Shown in pieces: positions 9,607 through 19,502 of a stretch of 64,000 nucleotides of DNA (position 1 is its first letter; each line of letters begins with the position of its first letter). Under the pieces are notes generated by a model that was not told where the DNA came from, did no database searches, and was given only the letters and a program-made list of their open reading frames with translations. The translations under genes and the position numbers were made by a program. Location of the stretch: positions 124,001-188,000 of IMG/VR virus record IMGVR_UViG_3300001460_000004; one strand, given 5' to 3'.

Positions 9607-10257
9607 ATGTCAAGTGCATCATTAAACAAGATGACGGTTCCTCTAGCAAACGATCAATCGTCACCTACTCAAGGGCTGTTGATGCCAAAGCTCAAATATC
9701 GCTTCCGGGTGATATTTGAAAACTTTGGTGTTAGCACACCTAGAACACAATTAACAAAACAAGTAATAGACTTTACTAGACCATCAGTAACGTTTGACGA
9801 AATACCAATTGAAATTTACAACAGTAGATTATATGTTGCTGGTAAGCACACATGGGAAATGCTGTCTGTTAACTTACGTGACGATGCTTCTGGTAGCGTT
9901 TCGAGACTAATGGGCGAGCAGTTGCAGAAACAATTAGATTTTGTTGAGCAAGCAAGTGCCGCATCGGGTATTGACTATAAATTCACTACTAAATGTGAAA
10001 TCCTCGATGGTGGTAATGGGCGAAGTGCACCAAACGTTCTCGAAACATGGGAAATGTATGGTTGTTACTTAAATCAAGTTAACTACAATGATTTAAACTA
10101 TGGATCAAGCGAAGCAGTCACAATTACTGCTCAGATACGATTTGACAATGCAGTACAAACACCTCTTGGTGATGGCGTTGGCGCTCCGGTAGTAAGAGGC
10201 ATTGATGATAACGCAACTGGTCCTGGAACAAGCTCGCTACTACAGTCATTATTTTAA
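9607..10257 (+). CDS. Tail tube protein (T4 gp19-like)
   Basis: Follows the sheath; PKLKYRFRV, AGKHTWE, LNYGSSE..ITAQIRFD pattern. Confidence 0.85.
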   Translation: MSSASLNKMTVPLANDQSSPTQGLLMPKLKYRFRVIFENFGVSTPRTQLTKQVIDFTRPSVTFDEIPIEIYNSRLYVAGKHTWEMLSVNLRDDASGSVSRLMGEQLQKQLDFVEQASAASGIDYKFTTKCEILDGGNGRSAPNVLETWEMYGCYLNQVNYNDLNYGSSEAVTITAQIRFDNAVQTPLGDGVGAPVVRGIDDNATGPGTSSLLQSLF

Positions 10258-10276
10258 TACGAGGCTTTAACTCAGC

Positions 10277-11380
10277 ATGTCTTTTGGAAATAGCTCAATC
10301 ACATCACTTTTTGGAAATCCTATCGTACGTGATTATAGACATGCTGAGAAGCTCTTTAGGTCAAATAACTATGCAAATAGTCCTCGCCTTAAATTTCTTT
10401 TCCATGTATATTTTAATCTTAACACTGGACAGATTCCGCAATTAAGGAATCTGTTCCAGAATACTGAAAGTAGTACTATAGGGTTGTTAGTTAAAAGTAT
10501 TGACTTGCCTAAATATTCAATTGAGACTGATGTAAAAATACAGTATAACAGAAAACGTATTATACAAAAAAGACTTAATTACGATCCTATACAAGCTGTG
10601 TTTCATGATGATCAAAACGATTTGATTAGAGAAATGTGGTATCAATATTATACATACTATTATAAGGATGCACAGAATCCTTATAATGGCCAGCCTGCAA
10701 ACAACGGAAGTATTGGTGCATATAATTTGAATAGCGAAGGATTTAGTTACAGCGACAGAGATATCTATGCACCTTTTAGAAGCGTTAATGATTGGGGGTA
10801 TACCGGTGAAAGTTATACTGACAGTACATCTAGTCAAGGCGGAAAACCTAGTTTCTTTACTGACATCAGAATATACGGAATAAATCAACACAAGTTTGCA
10901 GAATATATTTTAATTAACCCACTTATTAGCGAGTGGAGCCATGATACATTTGATTATGCACAAGGCGATGGTGTAATGGAAAACATAGTAACGTTACAAT
11001 ACGAAACTGTAAAGTATCGCAAAGGATGGATTGGTGATCAAAGACCCGATACAAATGTTACTGGGTTTGCATCACCAACACAATATGATGTAGAACCAAG
11101 CCCAAATGTTGTAAATGCAGGGCTTGCTAGTGTTATATCAAGTGGCGACCGTATTGATACAGGCGCAGGTATGATACAAGATTTACAAACAAGCGGCCTT
11201 ATGGGATCAGTTGGTGGAGTTCAATCAGCTGGGACTTTTTATAGTAGTCAAGCCGATCTTCCAGTAACTGGTGCAGCTAATGCTATAACAGTTAACGAAT
11301 TAAGTGATGTAGTTAATCAGGCACTAGGCGGTTCTCCAATATTTCCAGTAGCCAATAATGGAGGATCTAATGCCCAGTAA
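10277..11380 (+). CDS. Tail tube-like baseplate/tube initiator protein (gp48/gp54-like)
   Basis: Tube-fold-like motifs (VKSIDLPK, QYNRKR, YDPIQAVFHDD, HDTFDY...TLQYE); synteny with sheath and tube. Confidence 0.6.
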   Translation: MSFGNSSITSLFGNPIVRDYRHAEKLFRSNNYANSPRLKFLFHVYFNLNTGQIPQLRNLFQNTESSTIGLLVKSIDLPKYSIETDVKIQYNRKRIIQKRLNYDPIQAVFHDDQNDLIREMWYQYYTYYYKDAQNPYNGQPANNGSIGAYNLNSEGFSYSDRDIYAPFRSVNDWGYTGESYTDSTSSQGGKPSFFTDIRIYGINQHKFAEYILINPLISEWSHDTFDYAQGDGVMENIVTLQYETVKYRKGWIGDQRPDTNVTGFASPTQYDVEPSPNVVNAGLASVISSGDRIDTGAGMIQDLQTSGLMGSVGGVQSAGTFYSSQADLPVTGAANAITVNELSDVVNQALGGSPIFPVANNGGSNAQ

Positions 11381-11747
11381 TGTATTAAATTCAGCATCTA
11401 ACCCACAATTAGACAATACTGTAAGAATATTTGATAATTTTTACAAGTATGAACAGCAAGTAAATCCAGAAGAATATGATGTTGTTTTTGGTTACTTTAA
11501 AGACGTAATGACAACTGACCAAGCTGCTAATAATTTCACAACAGCATTGTTTCGAGTTGCATCAACAAGCAATCAAAATGTATTAACACTGCTAGATGAA
11601 ATAAAAACAATAGGCACCCAAAACACTCTTACTTTAAGTGCTGCTGTGGCTTATTATCTTAATGCTTCTCGCAGTAAATCTTCGTTATTGGGAGTTAATA
11701 GTCCACTTGCAACTAACAAGTTTGTGGCCCGTAATCTATTTGCATAA
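11370..11747 (+). CDS. Hypothetical, probably virion/baseplate protein (start probably 11370, MPSNV)
   Basis: ORF in the tail operon; GGAGG SD before the 11370 ATG. Confidence 0.6.
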   Translation: MPSNVLNSASNPQLDNTVRIFDNFYKYEQQVNPEEYDVVFGYFKDVMTTDQAANNFTTALFRVASTSNQNVLTLLDEIKTIGTQNTLTLSAAVAYYLNASRSKSSLLGVNSPLATNKFVARNLFA

Positions 11748-11750
11748 CTT

Positions 11751-12206
11751 ATGGCTAATAAATTCATACAAGGTGCCTACAAGCCTCTTAATCCTCAAAA
11801 GTATGTAGGAAAAGGAACCCCTAGATATCGTAGTGGCTGGGAATGGGCGTTCTTTCAATTTTGTGATACTAATGTTAGTGTTTTGGAATGGGCTAGTGAA
11901 GCTATTGCTATAAAATACAAACATCCTTTTACAGGAAAAATAACAAATTATATCCCAGATGTGTTTGTACGTTATCGCACTAAAAATAATAAAATTTGTA
12001 CAGAATTAGTTGAAATTAAACCCAAAAAACAAAGTGTACTTGAAGGTAAAATGAATGAAAAACAAAAAATAACTGTTGTTATTAATATGGCTAAGTGGGA
12101 AGCAGCAAGAGCCTGGTGTAAAAATGCAGGGATTGTTTTTAGAGTTATAACTGAAGAGCAGATGTTTCATAACGGAAATCCTAAAGCCAAGGCAAAAAGA
12201 CGTTAA
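11751..12206 (+). CDS. Head completion nuclease (T4 gp4-like, TnsA-type PD-(D/E)xK)
   Basis: PLNPQKYVG, YRSGWE, WASE, YIPD...VEIKP, KWEAARAWC...FRVITE. Confidence 0.9.
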   Translation: MANKFIQGAYKPLNPQKYVGKGTPRYRSGWEWAFFQFCDTNVSVLEWASEAIAIKYKHPFTGKITNYIPDVFVRYRTKNNKICTELVEIKPKKQSVLEGKMNEKQKITVVINMAKWEAARAWCKNAGIVFRVITEEQMFHNGNPKAKAKRR

Positions 12207-12766
12207 TGCGGTGTGCATTTGTACATATTCCTAAAACTGGTGGCGGAAGTGTAGTTGAATGGGCAAAACGAAATAATGTCTGGGACCAATTTATTTTTTA
12301 TGGACACAAAGATATTGATTATATTAAAAATTTAGACGATACCTTTGATGCTAGTTTTTGCATTGTAAGAAATACATACAGTCGTTTGGTAAGTGCCTAT
12401 GTGTTCAGTGAGGCAAAGTTTCGCAAAAATATAACCAAAGGTTATCAACTTGAATGGATGACTAATTTATTATTAGCATGGGAAAAAGGTATTGTACCTT
12501 GGCTTGAACTAATGCACGAAACACAACATGTAACATGTAGAGATCAACTTGATTTTAGTCAAGGAGTAGATTTTATTATACAGACATCAGATTTGTATAA
12601 ATCTACAAAGTTACACGAAATGTTTAATATAACTGATCCTATTAGAAAAGAACGCAGAGTACAAATGTTTAACCCTAGCCTGTATTATACTACAGACTTT
12701 ATTAATTGTGTCAATAGACTATATAAAGACGAGATAGCATACTTTAACTACCAACCGGATATATGA
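12206..12766 (+). CDS. Sulfotransferase family 2-like protein
   Basis: FVHIPKTGGGS (5'-PSB loop), VRNTYSRLVSAY (3'-PB). Confidence 0.8.
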   Translation: MRCAFVHIPKTGGGSVVEWAKRNNVWDQFIFYGHKDIDYIKNLDDTFDASFCIVRNTYSRLVSAYVFSEAKFRKNITKGYQLEWMTNLLLAWEKGIVPWLELMHETQHVTCRDQLDFSQGVDFIIQTSDLYKSTKLHEMFNITDPIRKERRVQMFNPSLYYTTDFINCVNRLYKDEIAYFNYQPDI

Positions 12767-12794
12767 TAAATAATAGCATATATTTGGATGAACA

Positions 12795-13280
12795 ATGACC
12801 AAACAACTTGAAGAATTATTTGATGTAGAATCAACACCAAAGGGCTGGGAAACAACCGTGCCAGATATTCCTGTTGAAGATACACAAACTTCATTATCAG
12901 AAACATATCAGGCCATTGATAAGATAGAAGCAGCATTGCCTACAGTCAGGGGACTAGAAGCATCTGATGCTGAAATGGATGACCTTGCAGTAAAAGCTAG
13001 AGAAAGTTTTGAAGACCTAATGAACTTAGGAATGAATGTTGATAGTCGCTATGCTAGTGACATATTAAGCGTTGCAAGCCAGATGCTTGGACATGCAATT
13101 ACTGCCAAAACAGCCAAAGCAAATAAAAAGCTAAAGATGATTGATCTACAATTAAAGAAAGCCCGGCTGGATCAAACAAGTGGTGATCCAAATATGCAAG
13201 AAGGATCGGGTACTCTAGTTGATCGTAACGAGTTGCTGCAATCACTGCGACAAGCTAAATCAAGCGATAGCGATAAATAA
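12795..13280 (+). CDS. Probable terminase small subunit-like helical protein
   Basis: Helical/coiled-coil ORF ending ...DRNELLQSL, late promoter upstream; size and style resemble gp16. Confidence 0.45.
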   Translation: MTKQLEELFDVESTPKGWETTVPDIPVEDTQTSLSETYQAIDKIEAALPTVRGLEASDAEMDDLAVKARESFEDLMNLGMNVDSRYASDILSVASQMLGHAITAKTAKANKKLKMIDLQLKKARLDQTSGDPNMQEGSGTLVDRNELLQSLRQAKSSDSDK

Positions 13281-13296
13281 AATATAGGATACTAAC

Positions 13297-13899
13297 ATGA
13301 AAAATTTGTCACAATATCTCACTGAGACTGCACAAACTTACGATTATAGAATTAAAATCGTAGGTGAATTACCAAATGGCTTTATGAAAAGTTTTAAAAA
13401 ATGCTTAGACAAATATAACCCGTCAAGCATTAGTGACATCAAAAAGACTCCAGTAGTAAGTGCCCCTCTTGACTTTCCCAATTTTAATAACGAATTAGTT
13501 AACATTATGGATGTAGTGTTTAACTACCCGGCTGCTGAAGATGAAATCCGTCAACTAGCAAAATTGTCAGGATTAAATCCAGATAAAATTATTATTAATA
13601 CTGCAAAATATGCAGCTAGTATGGATGCAGAAGTTGCAGGAATTCAAGACCAAAACACAGACTTGCTTAATTCAGCATATCCAGATGATAATGCAGAACA
13701 AAAGAAAGCAAGTAAAGATTATGGTGATGGTAATCAGCAAGTAGTAAAAAATAATGCAGACGAAGCAACTTGGACTGTAGCAGGTGGTAAAACACCTCCA
13801 GCTGAATATACTAGCAGCCTTCCAATGGGTGATAAAAGTCCACTAACTGACATCAAACGCCCACCACTACCAGCAACTGGTAATCACCCAAAAGGATAA
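13297..13899 (+). CDS. Putative internal head/prohead protein (MKNLSQYLTE N-terminus)
   Basis: Capsid-targeting-like N-terminus, TAAATA upstream. Confidence 0.55.
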   Translation: MKNLSQYLTETAQTYDYRIKIVGELPNGFMKSFKKCLDKYNPSSISDIKKTPVVSAPLDFPNFNNELVNIMDVVFNYPAAEDEIRQLAKLSGLNPDKIIINTAKYAASMDAEVAGIQDQNTDLLNSAYPDDNAEQKKASKDYGDGNQQVVKNNADEATWTVAGGKTPPAEYTSSLPMGDKSPLTDIKRPPLPATGNHPKG

Positions 13900-13903
13900 T
13901 ATT

Positions 13904-15538
13904 ATGAACAATATGTACAAAATTTTAGAATCGTTTAATTCAGTAACAAACGAAGATATTGCTGCAAAAGATGCTGCAGTAATGAACAAACAAAAAAACT
14001 ACAAACCTTTTGGTAAATCTGATCCTGACTATGAAACTGGTGTTGCTCGTGATCCTAAAAAAGATAAAATGTTTGACGAAGATATTGATGCAGAAGATGC
14101 TGCAGTAATGAACAAACAAAAAAACTACAAGCCTTTTGGTAAATCTGATCCTGATTATGAAACTGGTGTTGCCCGTAATTCTAAAAAAGATAAAATGTTT
14201 GACGAAGGCTATGGTTCCATGGTATCTCCAGCCGCTAAAAAAGCCATTGATGCTCGAGTAGCCGCTAATACAGCAGCACTTAAAGCAAAAGGCAAAAAGG
14301 CTGACGAATCTTACTCTCCTGGTGATGAAAACGAAGAAGATATGGTAAGCAATTGCTGTAGTGCCCCTATTTCAGATGTTAGGGATGGGCACGGCAGATG
14401 CTCAGATTGTAAAGAAATGGCAAGTGCAGTTAAATTAGATGAAGACGTGAATGAATCAAAATTTGTTTTTTTCAGTGCAGATGAAGGTGGAATTAATGTA
14501 TCAATTGATAAGGAAACAGCTGGCTGGGCATATAGTAGTGATGAGCTATGCGAATTGTTAAACAAATATAATATTAGCAGTGCTGATAGATTGGCGCACA
14601 GCAGCTCTATAGACTTTGCTAGTGAAGAAGGCTTTGATACAGACGGTGATGCACATGATATGATTCAAGATGCGTTTGTTAAGTGCGGTATTACTGAAGA
14701 TACTGCATTAATGAATGAAGCAGATGTTGAAGAAAATGCATTTAATCAAGCGGCGGCCGCGGCGGCAAGAGCCAATAAGTCAGAGTTTGAGTTTGGTGGT
14801 AAGACACATAAAACTACAATGAAAAAAGACACAGCACATAAGCTAGATGATGATGTACAAATTGACGAAGGTACAGAAATGGGCAGCATAGGCGGAATTG
14901 ATATTAAACAGTTTGGCATGGGCAAAGGTAAACTTGGCCTGCAACTTACTGGGCCTGATGGTGCTGTACAACTATCTAAAAAAGATTGTGCATCACTTGC
15001 AAAAAGAATTACTAAATGGTGCGATAGCGATGGTGCACGACCCGGCGAATACGACGAAGCAATAGAAGAAACTACTACCGCAGGTAGTGTTGCAGTATCC
15101 GAAGAACCAAAAAAGCCAGATATGAGTGCAAGTGTTTATGAGTCTGCTTATATTGATACACTTAACGAAAGTGTCAACATTACAACTAATATGAGTAGTG
15201 ACGGAGCTGACAGTATGACAGTAAGTGCTACTGACGAAGATGCAACAGCATTGGCTATGTTACTACGCAATGCTGGCATGGCAGGATCCTCATCTGGTTA
15301 TCAAGAAGTTGATGTTGATGTTGCTGAAGACTACAGCAACAGCCCTGAAGAGCAGTATCAAACTACTGAGTATCAGCAAAATAATATTGCAGGCGGCTTA
15401 AATGGACCAAAAACACAAGTTAATCCTAACAATCGCGGAGATAATCCTTTAGCAATGAAAGGTTTAGGAAACGGCGGATCAGGCCAAATTAATATTGATG
15501 AAACAAAACTATGGTCATTATATAAGGAAATGAACTAA
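13904..15538 (+). CDS. Acidic modular putative head polyprotein with internal duplication
   Basis: 544 aa, many hydrophobic-x-E sites, 42-aa tandem repeat. Confidence 0.65.
   Translation: MNNMYKILESFNSVTNEDIAAKDAAVMNKQKNYKPFGKSDPDYETGVARDPKKDKMFDEDIDAEDAAVMNKQKNYKPFGKSDPDYETGVARNSKKDKMFDEGYGSMVSPAAKKAIDARVAANTAALKAKGKKADESYSPGDENEEDMVSNCCSAPISDVRDGHGRCSDCKEMASAVKLDEDVNESKFVFFSADEGGINVSIDKETAGWAYSSDELCELLNKYNISSADRLAHSSSIDFASEEGFDTDGDAHDMIQDAFVKCGITEDTALMNEADVEENAFNQAAAAAARANKSEFEFGGKTHKTTMKKDTAHKLDDDVQIDEGTEMGSIGGIDIKQFGMGKGKLGLQLTGPDGAVQLSKKDCASLAKRITKWCDSDGARPGEYDEAIEETTTAGSVAVSEEPKKPDMSASVYESAYIDTLNESVNITTNMSSDGADSMTVSATDEDATALAMLLRNAGMAGSSSGYQEVDVDVAEDYSNSPEEQYQTTEYQQNNIAGGLNGPKTQVNPNNRGDNPLAMKGLGNGGSGQINIDETKLWSLYKEMN
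13952..14206 (+). repeat. 126-bp in-frame tandem duplication (2 copies)
   Basis: EDIAAKDAAVMNKQKNYKPFGKSDPDYETGVARDPKKDKMFD repeated nearly identically; units start at 13952 and 14078. Confidence 0.95.
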
Positions 15539-16839
15539 TGAAATCACTGGGAGCATATCTATTAGAAACAGAAAAATTACAAAACTATGCAATGCCCGGT
15601 GACGGATTTGGTTTAGAAATTAATAATTCATTAAGTTTAGACACGCATATAATTGAAGTATTTGAAGATGGAATACTCATTAACACTGACGACACAGCAT
15701 ATAATTTGTTAGCGGAAAATGGGTGTACATTTGAAGACCAAAGTCCCATGGAACTAAATGCTAGCATTGAAAATGATCACGTTGGCGAAGGCTACAAAGT
15801 TATGCCTCCAATGGACGACAAGTATCAACCACGTAATGGACTCGAAGGACCTTTTACTACGCTAAGTGGAAAAGTAGTATACTATGATCCACGAGAAGGT
15901 AGTTACTACGATCCAGACACAGACATTTATATGTCATACGATGAATTTCAAAACTATGATAAAGACTACACTGACATGCGAAGCGATGAAGACATGGGCA
16001 GTGATGCCGACGAAGCACGTTTAAAAGTAGCAAGTACATTAGATGCACAAGAAGGCCCAGTTGATGAAGCTGGCTGTTCAAATAGTAGGCTGAGAGAACT
16101 TGCTGGACTTCCTGAAACAACAATAAAAGATAGAGACGCATACGATGCTAGTGAACCAGGTGATAAGAAAAAAATTACACTTCCAAAAGCACCTTGGGAA
16201 AAAGACAAAGAAGTAAATGAAGCTGGTACTGTAAGAACAATGCCACTTGATAGTATTGATTGGCCAGATTCAAACATGCTACAAACTGCCACTGATGCTA
16301 TTAGATATGACTACACTTCAAATGATGCATTTAGTCACTTGTACAGTATGCATGGTGATGACCACGGAAAATGGTTAAGAGCAAACGAAGATGATATACT
16401 TGCAATGTTCTCACAGTATAGTATGGACGAAAGTATCGATGAAGAATCTGATGCAGAGATGGACGATCATGCAGAACGTGCAGGTAAAGAAGTTGCACAT
16501 GATGCACATTATGATGGTCGTAAGCACTCGGGTAGAGATGGCAAAGATGTCACTAAAGACTTAGAATATGATGATTACAAAGATCACCATATGGATGAAG
16601 CAGAATATCAAGGACGCAAAGTTAAATTAAACAAACCAATGCGTGGAGATGTTAAAAAATCAAAAGTATATGTCAAGGATCCTAAAACAGGAAACACTAA
16701 AAAAGTTAACTTTGGTGACCCAGATATGAAGATAAAAAAGTCAAACCCTAAAAGACGTAAAAGTTTTAGAGCCAGGCATAATTGTGAAAACCCAGGTCCA
16801 AAGACTAAAGCACGTTATTGGTCATGCAGAGCTTGGTAA
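15538..16839 (+). CDS. Acidic modular putative head protein with basic C-terminal module
   Basis: MKSLGAYLLE start, RLRELAGL motif, basic terminal module (...KKVNFGDP...RKSFRARHNC...ARYWSCRAW). Confidence 0.7.
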   Translation: MKSLGAYLLETEKLQNYAMPGDGFGLEINNSLSLDTHIIEVFEDGILINTDDTAYNLLAENGCTFEDQSPMELNASIENDHVGEGYKVMPPMDDKYQPRNGLEGPFTTLSGKVVYYDPREGSYYDPDTDIYMSYDEFQNYDKDYTDMRSDEDMGSDADEARLKVASTLDAQEGPVDEAGCSNSRLRELAGLPETTIKDRDAYDASEPGDKKKITLPKAPWEKDKEVNEAGTVRTMPLDSIDWPDSNMLQTATDAIRYDYTSNDAFSHLYSMHGDDHGKWLRANEDDILAMFSQYSMDESIDEESDAEMDDHAERAGKEVAHDAHYDGRKHSGRDGKDVTKDLEYDDYKDHHMDEAEYQGRKVKLNKPMRGDVKKSKVYVKDPKTGNTKKVNFGDPDMKIKKSNPKRRKSFRARHNCENPGPKTKARYWSCRAW

Positions 16840-16858
16840 AAGAAAAGGAAAATAAATT

Positions 16859-17137
16859 ATGGTAGCAGTATATTCAGGTGCAATTTCAGCACAAACATGG
16901 ACAACTGATAAAGCAACTATAGCAACTGGTACAACCGCTGTTACAGCACAAGTTGGGCTAGCTGGTAATCCCACTGGCAATGCATCAGTTACGTTGTATA
17001 CTAATCCTATCAATTGTCCAGCAAATTCAAATACACAAATATATGTAGGTGTAGGTAATCAGCTTACTATAGTTGGTACTAATAGCACAGCAATGGAATT
17101 AGGCACACGAACATCGGCGAACGCAGGAGTTTTCTAA
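16859..17137 (+). CDS. Small Thr/Ala/Gly-rich structural-type protein
   Basis: 92-aa ORF with virion-protein-like composition. Confidence 0.6.
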   Translation: MVAVYSGAISAQTWTTDKATIATGTTAVTAQVGLAGNPTGNASVTLYTNPINCPANSNTQIYVGVGNQLTIVGTNSTAMELGTRTSANAGVF

Positions 17138-17515
17138 ATGAAAGCCAAAGACGTCATTGGTGAAAGTGTAGCACGTAATAATGCTAGAACACCAGGCGAA
17201 TTAAAACCCAGTTATGACTATGCAAACCCAGGTGCATTAACAGGCAAAGGCATGGACCGTTATTATGATTTGTATCGGGCAAGCATGATGATGGGAAGAT
17301 TGCCTAGCGATTTAGACAATATTGATGAAGCAAGCTGGTTAAACAATACTGGATACTTTGGTTATACAAACGAAGTTGATAAAGCAAAGATTGAAGCTGC
17401 ATTTAAGGCACTAGGACTACCAGTTATAGAATTAATTGAACAAGGCAGTGAGGAAATGCCTGAGGTAAACACTAAATCTCCAGTTATAGGATTTAAAGGA
17501 TATCCAGGAACATGA
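17138..17515 (+). CDS. Hypothetical, paralogue of the next gene
   Basis: Shares Y.L.R..M, I..ASW and PEVNT.SPV.GFKGY with 17512-17877. Confidence 0.7.
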   Translation: MKAKDVIGESVARNNARTPGELKPSYDYANPGALTGKGMDRYYDLYRASMMMGRLPSDLDNIDEASWLNNTGYFGYTNEVDKAKIEAAFKALGLPVIELIEQGSEEMPEVNTKSPVIGFKGYPGT

Positions 17516-17877
17516 GAGCAATAGAGTTCATACAAGAAAACAAAGACGGTAAACTTAATAAAATTTCGTCTAATGCAATGACTCAAACTGATAAATTTAA
17601 AGATGATGGTAGTGATAGAGCGTATACATTAAATCGTATTATGATGGCTACCGCAGTAGCCGACGGATCTAACACAAAACCAGTTGATATAAATCAAGCA
17701 AGTTGGCAAGAAGATTATAACACAGCACATCCGTATACTGAACAAGAAATGAATATGATGCAAAGTGCATACAACACGGTTGACAGCAAAGTTAAAAAAG
17801 TTGTGAAACGCAAAGAATCTAAAGAACACCCTGAAGTAAACACTATTAGTCCAGTTACTGGATTTAAAGGTTATTAA
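17512..17877 (+). CDS. Hypothetical, paralogue of the previous gene (MRAIEFIQE N-terminus)
   Basis: Shared C-terminal PEVNTISPVTGFKGY. Confidence 0.7.
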   Translation: MRAIEFIQENKDGKLNKISSNAMTQTDKFKDDGSDRAYTLNRIMMATAVADGSNTKPVDINQASWQEDYNTAHPYTEQEMNMMQSAYNTVDSKVKKVVKRKESKEHPEVNTISPVTGFKGY

Positions 17878-17878
17878 T

Positions 17879-18346
17879 ATGTATCAATATAAATGTAAAA
17901 TACTACGAGTAGTTGATGGTGATACAGTTGATATTGATATTGACTTAGGATTTGGTGTATGGTTACATCGCGAACGTGTAAGAGTACATGGCATTGATGC
18001 ACCAGAAAGTAGAACACGAGATTTAACTGAAAAGTTATTTGGTATTGCAGCTAAAGAGCGTGTAAGGGAACTATTACCAGTTGGCAGTACTAGCACACTA
18101 GTATGTCAAGAATATGATAGCACAGGTAAATTCGGTCGTATACTTGGGGACTTCACAGTATACAATAATGTTGGAGATAGATGGGGATCAATGGCAAGTA
18201 TTCTTATTAATGAAGGATATGTTGCTCCTTATGCCGGCGGCAATAAAGAAGAAATAGAAAAAATCCATTTAACTAATAGACAGAAACTTCTGAACGAAGG
18301 TCGAGTAAGTGATGAAGAATATAAAAAAACATTGACTGAAGACTAA
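17879..18346 (+). CDS. Thermonuclease / SNase-like nuclease
   Basis: VVDGDTVD, RVRVHGIDAPE, GKFGRILG. Confidence 0.9.
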   Translation: MYQYKCKILRVVDGDTVDIDIDLGFGVWLHRERVRVHGIDAPESRTRDLTEKLFGIAAKERVRELLPVGSTSTLVCQEYDSTGKFGRILGDFTVYNNVGDRWGSMASILINEGYVAPYAGGNKEEIEKIHLTNRQKLLNEGRVSDEEYKKTLTED

Positions 18347-18367
18347 AAACATGTTAAGCTATATATA

Positions 18368-18589
18368 ATGGATATTGAAGACCTCAAAAGATTAAGTGGG
18401 CAAATAAACCCAGCTAACACAGCCAGGATGACTCCCTATGAAGCAACCGAGGGTAGTAATATAAGCATTACTGGCAACGAAAAAGGTGAACTAATGAAAA
18501 AAGATGGAATTGAACCTGGTACTCCAGAATGGTTTCAGCTATGGTTTAGTTTACCATATATGACAGGCGAACCACCTGTTGGAAAGTAA
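18368..18589 (+). CDS. Small hypothetical protein
   Basis: 73-aa ORF (LKRLSG; IEPGTPEWFQLWF). Confidence 0.65.
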   Translation: MDIEDLKRLSGQINPANTARMTPYEATEGSNISITGNEKGELMKKDGIEPGTPEWFQLWFSLPYMTGEPPVGK

Positions 18590-18600
18590 GTGAGAAAATT

Positions 18601-18852
18601 ATGGAATCAGTATTAGAAAAGCCCACTGTTCCAATTGATATTTTTGAATATAAAAATAATTGGAAACCTGGATTTACTGTTAAGCTGCACAGCGACTGGA
18701 CTGACAAGGGAAAAACTTGGTGCAGACGTAAACTAGAACGACATGAGTGGAGTATGACCTCGTGGACTAATGCATACGAGCATACTTTTCATTTTGAAAA
18801 AGAAGAAAACGCCCAGCAATTTGCACAAGCGTTTTCCGACAATATAAGTTAA
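18601..18852 (+). CDS. Small hypothetical protein
   Basis: 83-aa ORF, Trp-rich. Confidence 0.65.
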   Translation: MESVLEKPTVPIDIFEYKNNWKPGFTVKLHSDWTDKGKTWCRRKLERHEWSMTSWTNAYEHTFHFEKEENAQQFAQAFSDNIS

Positions 18853-18858
18853 ATTAAC

Positions 18859-19026
18859 CTATAATTTCTTTATTTCCATCATACATTTCTTCGATTGCTC
18901 TTGGTATCCCAATCTTGCGAGCTCCACCGCTGCTCTCGAGTAACCAATAATCTGCAACTGTCGATCGAGTGAAGACCACAAGCCAGACAATGGTGAAAAG
19001 ACATAGTTGCTTACTAATGATGTCAT
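18859..19026 (-). CDS. Small 55-aa protein missed by the ORF track (MTSLVSNYVFSPLSGLWSSLDRQLQIIGYSRAAVELARLGYQEQSKKCMMEIKKL)
   Basis: Hand-translated; start overlaps the DUF1127 stop (TAATG coupling) and the ORF fills the gap exactly. Confidence 0.7.
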   Translation of the reverse strand: MTSLVSNYVFSPLSGLWSSLDRQLQIIGYSRAAVELARLGYQEQSKKCMMEIKKL

Positions 19027-19286
19027 TAGACCCAACCTTTCAAATTGACATTTTCTTGATCAATCATAGGTTTTATTTTCCTAGGAAACGAACTATGTGC
19101 AACATACAAAATCTCACCACGTGACATGCCAATGTCGTTTAATTCGTAATCTGTAAGTTTTGACAATTCAGTAATTGTCACCCGAATACCTTGACGCCTT
19201 TTCATTTCAGCATGTAATTTTCTAAACCAGTTGGCAATAATTGTTAAACCAACCCAGCTAAATGTGTTTGCTACTAATACAGTCAT
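19026..19286 (-). CDS. DUF1127 (YjiS-like) small protein
   Basis: RR...TITELSKLTDYELNDIGMSRGEI is the DUF1127 signature. Confidence 0.85.
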   Translation of the reverse strand: MTVLVANTFSWVGLTIIANWFRKLHAEMKRRQGIRVTITELSKLTDYELNDIGMSRGEILYVAHSSFPRKIKPMIDQENVNLKGWV

Positions 19287-19442
19287 TTTTGTTCCTTCTA
19301 TATGTATATGTGTGTAATATGCAATAATATCATTCTTTATTGCATATTAACTATATTTAACACTAAAACCACCGTTTAACAACTGCAAAATAGGCATTTC
19401 GCCTCTGCGTATTTTGCATACCTAAAAAATTGCATTTTCTGG

Positions 19443-19473
19443 TTGACAATGCATTACTAGTATGTTATAAATA
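19443..19473 (+). promoter_or_regulatory. Composite promoter (sigma70 -35 plus T4-late TATAAATA)
   Basis: TTGACA-N17-TATAAATA. Confidence 0.55.
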
Positions 19474-19502
19474 CACATCGACGCAGAAAAAGAGGTTCCA
19501 GA

